Positions 61,632-64,000 of a stretch of 64,000 bases of DNA are shown in pieces. The stretch lies in assembly GCA_040217755.1 (NCBI GenBank), contig JBEHWJ010000002.1, forward strand, positions 3,113 to 67,112. Direction: 5' to 3'. Positions within the stretch are counted from its first letter, which is position 1; each line of letters starts with the position of its first letter. The position numbers were made by a program, and so were the translations under genes. This DNA comes from Syntrophomonadaceae bacterium (GTDB lineage Bacteria > Bacillota > Syntrophomonadia > Syntrophomonadales > Syntrophomonadaceae). The notes beneath the pieces are model-generated. The model was not told where the DNA came from, made no database searches, and saw nothing but the letters and a program-made list of their open reading frames with translations.

Positions 61632-61644
61632 GATAAATCCTCTA

Positions 61645-61727
61645 TTTCGGCAACCAGGCTGTCATAGACTAATCGTCCTTAGACCCTTGGCTTTGCGTCC
61701 CCGCCTTTCGGCGGGTTTGCCTTTGTC
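61645..61727 (-). promoter_or_regulatory. c-di-GMP-I (GEMM-I) riboswitch aptamer, minus arm, proximal copy
   Basis: RNA reads GGCAAACCCGCCGAAAGGCGGGGACGCAAAGCCAAGGGUCUAAGGACG...AGCCUGGUUGCCGAAAU. Confidence 0.88.
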
Positions 61728-61837
61728 GGTGAGGGCTTACAGCCCTGCATCAGAATAAGGAACTAAATGTAAACAGTCTACCTTATACATATATATACGA
61801 ACTCGGAAACAGATAACCGTGGCAAAAATGTTATTAA

Positions 61838-61866
61838 AAAAAAATACTTAGCCGAATGCTAAGCAG
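61838..61866 (-). terminator. Intrinsic terminator (expression platform of the distal minus-arm riboswitch)
   Basis: RNA reads UGCUUAGC-AUUCG-GCUAAGUA followed by UUUUUUUUU. Confidence 0.65.
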
Positions 61867-61881
61867 GTGTTTCTGTCTGCT

Positions 61882-61960
61882 CTCTGCAACCCGGCGGTCA
61901 TGACCTTGCGGCGTTAGACCCGTAGCTTTGCGTCCCCGCTTTTCAACGGTTTTGCCCTTA
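61882..61960 (-). promoter_or_regulatory. c-di-GMP-I (GEMM-I) riboswitch aptamer, minus arm, distal copy
   Basis: RNA reads GGGCAAAACCGUUGAAAAGCGGGGACGCAAAGCUACGGGUCUAACG...CCGCCGGGUUGCAGAG. Confidence 0.82.
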
Positions 61961-61991
61961 AGAGAAAATCGATTGCAATTATCTTATGCTT

Positions 61992-62020
61992 ATTCTATGC
62001 AATTTATCTTGGGATTACAA
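61992..62020 (-). promoter_or_regulatory. Candidate sigma-A promoter of the riboswitch / poly-Asp / sortase transcript
   Basis: Minus strand reads TTGTAA (62015-62020), 17 nt, TAGAAT (61992-61997), about 30 nt upstream of the distal aptamer. Confidence 0.55.
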
Positions 62021-62080
62021 TATCTTGCCAAAGATGGATGAGGAAAAATACCGGGACGTTGATGAATCGAATGGACCTCG

Positions 62081-63250
62081 TCAAGACTGCGGAGCGAAGA
62101 GATGGACCGTAACCGATACAATCTCCGGCCGGTTGCCGACCCTGATCGGAGGGCCCCAGGTTCCATATCCGCTGGAGACAATCAGCTGCAGGTGACCTTT
62201 GCGCAGGTAACCCCAATCCTGCTCATAAAGGGCTGCGGTTACCAAATTGTTGGGAAAAAGCTGGCCAAGGTGGGTATGACCGGAGAATTGAAGATCGACA
62301 CCGGCTGCGTCAGCTGCCTGCAGGTCTGCCGGCTCATGGTCCATGAGTATTACCGGCAGCCGTCCCGGATCGATTCCAGTCAATAGCTGATCCAGAGCCA
62401 GCCGGGCGTTTCCGCCCCAACGGTGCCGGGAACCATCGTCGCGGCCAGCTATATAACATACATCCTCTATCTCGAGCCACTGATCGCGCAGCACTGTGAC
62501 CCCATTCTGGTTGAGGAAACCTACGGCTGTTTCAGTCTGGCCGCTTATATATTCGTGATTGCCCAGTACTGCAAAGGTTCCCAACCGAGGATGGAGGGCG
62601 TGAAGTACGGCAGGCATTTCCGCCTCTGCGGTCAGGTCTACGCCTTCATCGATTATGTCGCCGGTCAGCAGTACTACATCAGGATCCAGTTGGTTAATCG
62701 ACTCTGTCATCTGCCGCAGGCGGTCGATCCCCACGATCCAGCCCAGGTGAATGTCGGAAACCATCGCTATCTTTATGGTTTCAAGTTTACTGGCCTTACG
62801 GTCCACCCACAACTCATAGTTGCGGATCACCGGGTGGCGGGCATTCCAGGTTCCGTATACCAGCAAGACGGCAACCACGCCCATAACCGCTACGATAAGC
62901 AACGGGAATTTACCTCTAAAACCAATGGGTAAGAAGCCAAATACCCGGTTGCAGATTCTCAACAAATCACAGAAAATGAATATCAGGAAAAGATAGTAAA
63001 GGGCGGCTAGCCAATAAGAGCCAATGTGAATCAAGACCTTGCCCAAGTAATGGGGTACATAATTTGAAACCATGCGCCCGACTGGGTATGAGACCGCCAT
63101 CAGGGCCACCAGGACCGCCCAGTACCATGCCCAGCAGCCGGATGATAACATATTACGGAGGGCAAGCCAGCCCCGCCAGGCGATATAGTAGTTGATCAAG
63201 CCGTATATTGTCATAAACGATCCTACGAAAAGTGTCGTTTGCCAGCTCAT
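62081..63250 (-). CDS. Membrane-associated metallophosphoesterase (calcineurin-like)
   Basis: N-terminal TM segments plus motifs MVSDIHLG, LTGDIID, GNHEY and SGHTHLGQ. The start is adjusted to the ATG at 63250 after GGAAGGA; the frame is open from 63277. Confidence 0.85.
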   Translation of the reverse strand: MSWQTTLFVGSFMTIYGLINYYIAWRGWLALRNMLSSGCWAWYWAVLVALMAVSYPVGRMVSNYVPHYLGKVLIHIGSYWLAALYYLFLIFIFCDLLRICNRVFGFLPIGFRGKFPLLIVAVMGVVAVLLVYGTWNARHPVIRNYELWVDRKASKLETIKIAMVSDIHLGWIVGIDRLRQMTESINQLDPDVVLLTGDIIDEGVDLTAEAEMPAVLHALHPRLGTFAVLGNHEYISGQTETAVGFLNQNGVTVLRDQWLEIEDVCYIAGRDDGSRHRWGGNARLALDQLLTGIDPGRLPVILMDHEPADLQAADAAGVDLQFSGHTHLGQLFPNNLVTAALYEQDWGYLRKGHLQLIVSSGYGTWGPPIRVGNRPEIVSVTVHLFAPQS

Positions 63251-63579
63251 ATTCATGTCCTTCCGATAAAACGGCACGTAAAAATGCCATTGGGAGCGGA
63301 GTGTGTGCAGGGTATCAACAAAATTTATTGAATACTGCGGGTGAGACCCCGGTTATCAATTATCCTTGCGTTTTATTGTAAATGGTTCCGGGGCAGAAGT
63401 GAATGGATTACCTGCCCCGATTGTTGGTAAGTTTCAGTGCCCCTGCCGATTGAGAGGGTTTGAACCAGCGAGCGAATAGAAACAGCGAGTTGATTGTTCG
63501 GCAGTTCGACCTATGGTGGCCGCTGCCAACAATGCAGCCTGACCGGCCGATGGTATTATCTCCGAAAGGAATAGAATCA

Positions 63580-64000
63580 GTGGGCATTCTGAGTAAGAAG
63601 ATCTGGCGTTATATCGTCCGCAACCTGGGGCAGTTTATAGCAGCGGCCGCGGTGGTCATGGGCGGGATAATGGTTTATGTTTCCATGAGCAGTGCGTACT
63701 ATAACCTAGGGCAAGCCCGGGATAATTTCTACCGGGAAAATAGATTTGCCGATTACTACTTTCATCTGGTAAAAGCGCCGGAAGGAGTGATCAAACAGAT
63801 TACGATGCTGGATGGCGTTAAAAGCGCCACCGGCAGGATACAAAGGGATCTTTCCGTAATCAAAGAAAATGACGAGCGGGCTACCGCCCGGGTGGTGAGC
63901 TATGACCTGCCCATGGAAGAAGGGCTGAATCAGTTATCGATAGTGGAGGGGCGCTCGTTCGAAGAAGAAAACGGCAGCGAATCTGCAGAAGTGGTCCTGG
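63580..64000 (+). CDS. N-terminal part of an FtsX/MacB-like ABC transporter permease (3' end outside window)
   Basis: The frame is open from GTG 63580 to the window edge. VGILSKKIWRYIVRNLGQFIAAAAVVMGGIMVYVSM is a TM segment, followed by an extracytoplasmic domain typical of large FtsX-family permeases. Confidence 0.6.
   Translation, partial: MGILSKKIWRYIVRNLGQFIAAAAVVMGGIMVYVSMSSAYYNLGQARDNFYRENRFADYYFHLVKAPEGVIKQITMLDGVKSATGRIQRDLSVIKENDERATARVVSYDLPMEEGLNQLSIVEGRSFEEENGSESAEVVL

Overview
This window looks like a chromosomal core segment of a spore-forming Firmicute, probably Clostridia-like, with GC in the low 50s by eye. Gene order closely follows the Bacillus subtilis yqe/yqf/ylq synteny: yqeK', rsfS, leuS, comEA, comEC, holA, rpsT, spoIIP, lepA, hemW, hrcA-grpE-dnaK-dnaJ, prmA, mtaB, rpsU, yqfC, yqfD, phoH, pgpH-like, ybeY, dgkA, cdd, era, recO, glyQS, ccpN, PDRP, dnaG, sigA, then ylxM-ffh-rpsP-rimM-trmD-rplS-rbgA-rnhB. 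Most of it is ordinary housekeeping DNA. I saw no CRISPR array, transposase, integrase or prophage genes. Regulatory RNAs I can read directly are two T-box leaders (leuS with a CUC specifier, glyQS with a GGC specifier), a CIRCE operator and four c-di-GMP-I (GEMM-I) riboswitches. There are five tRNA genes. Three things stand out. (1) The one clearly accessory block lies at about 57.4-62.0 kb. On one arm, tandem c-di-GMP riboswitches precede a secreted transglutaminase-like enzyme and a CAP-domain protein. On the converging arm, two more c-di-GMP riboswitches precede an LPQTG-anchored protein with a stalk of 145 uninterrupted aspartates, followed by a sortase. This is my best candidate for an undescribed system. 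(2) A complete tRNA-Ala(GGC) cloverleaf sits inside the leuS T-box leader, at the Stem III position, downstream of the only good promoter. (3) An archaeal-type (group II-like) chaperonin is inserted between hrcA and grpE under CIRCE control. All calls come from reading the sequence and the ORF track by eye; no searches were run. Start codons marked as adjusted rest on Shine-Dalgarno spacing only.
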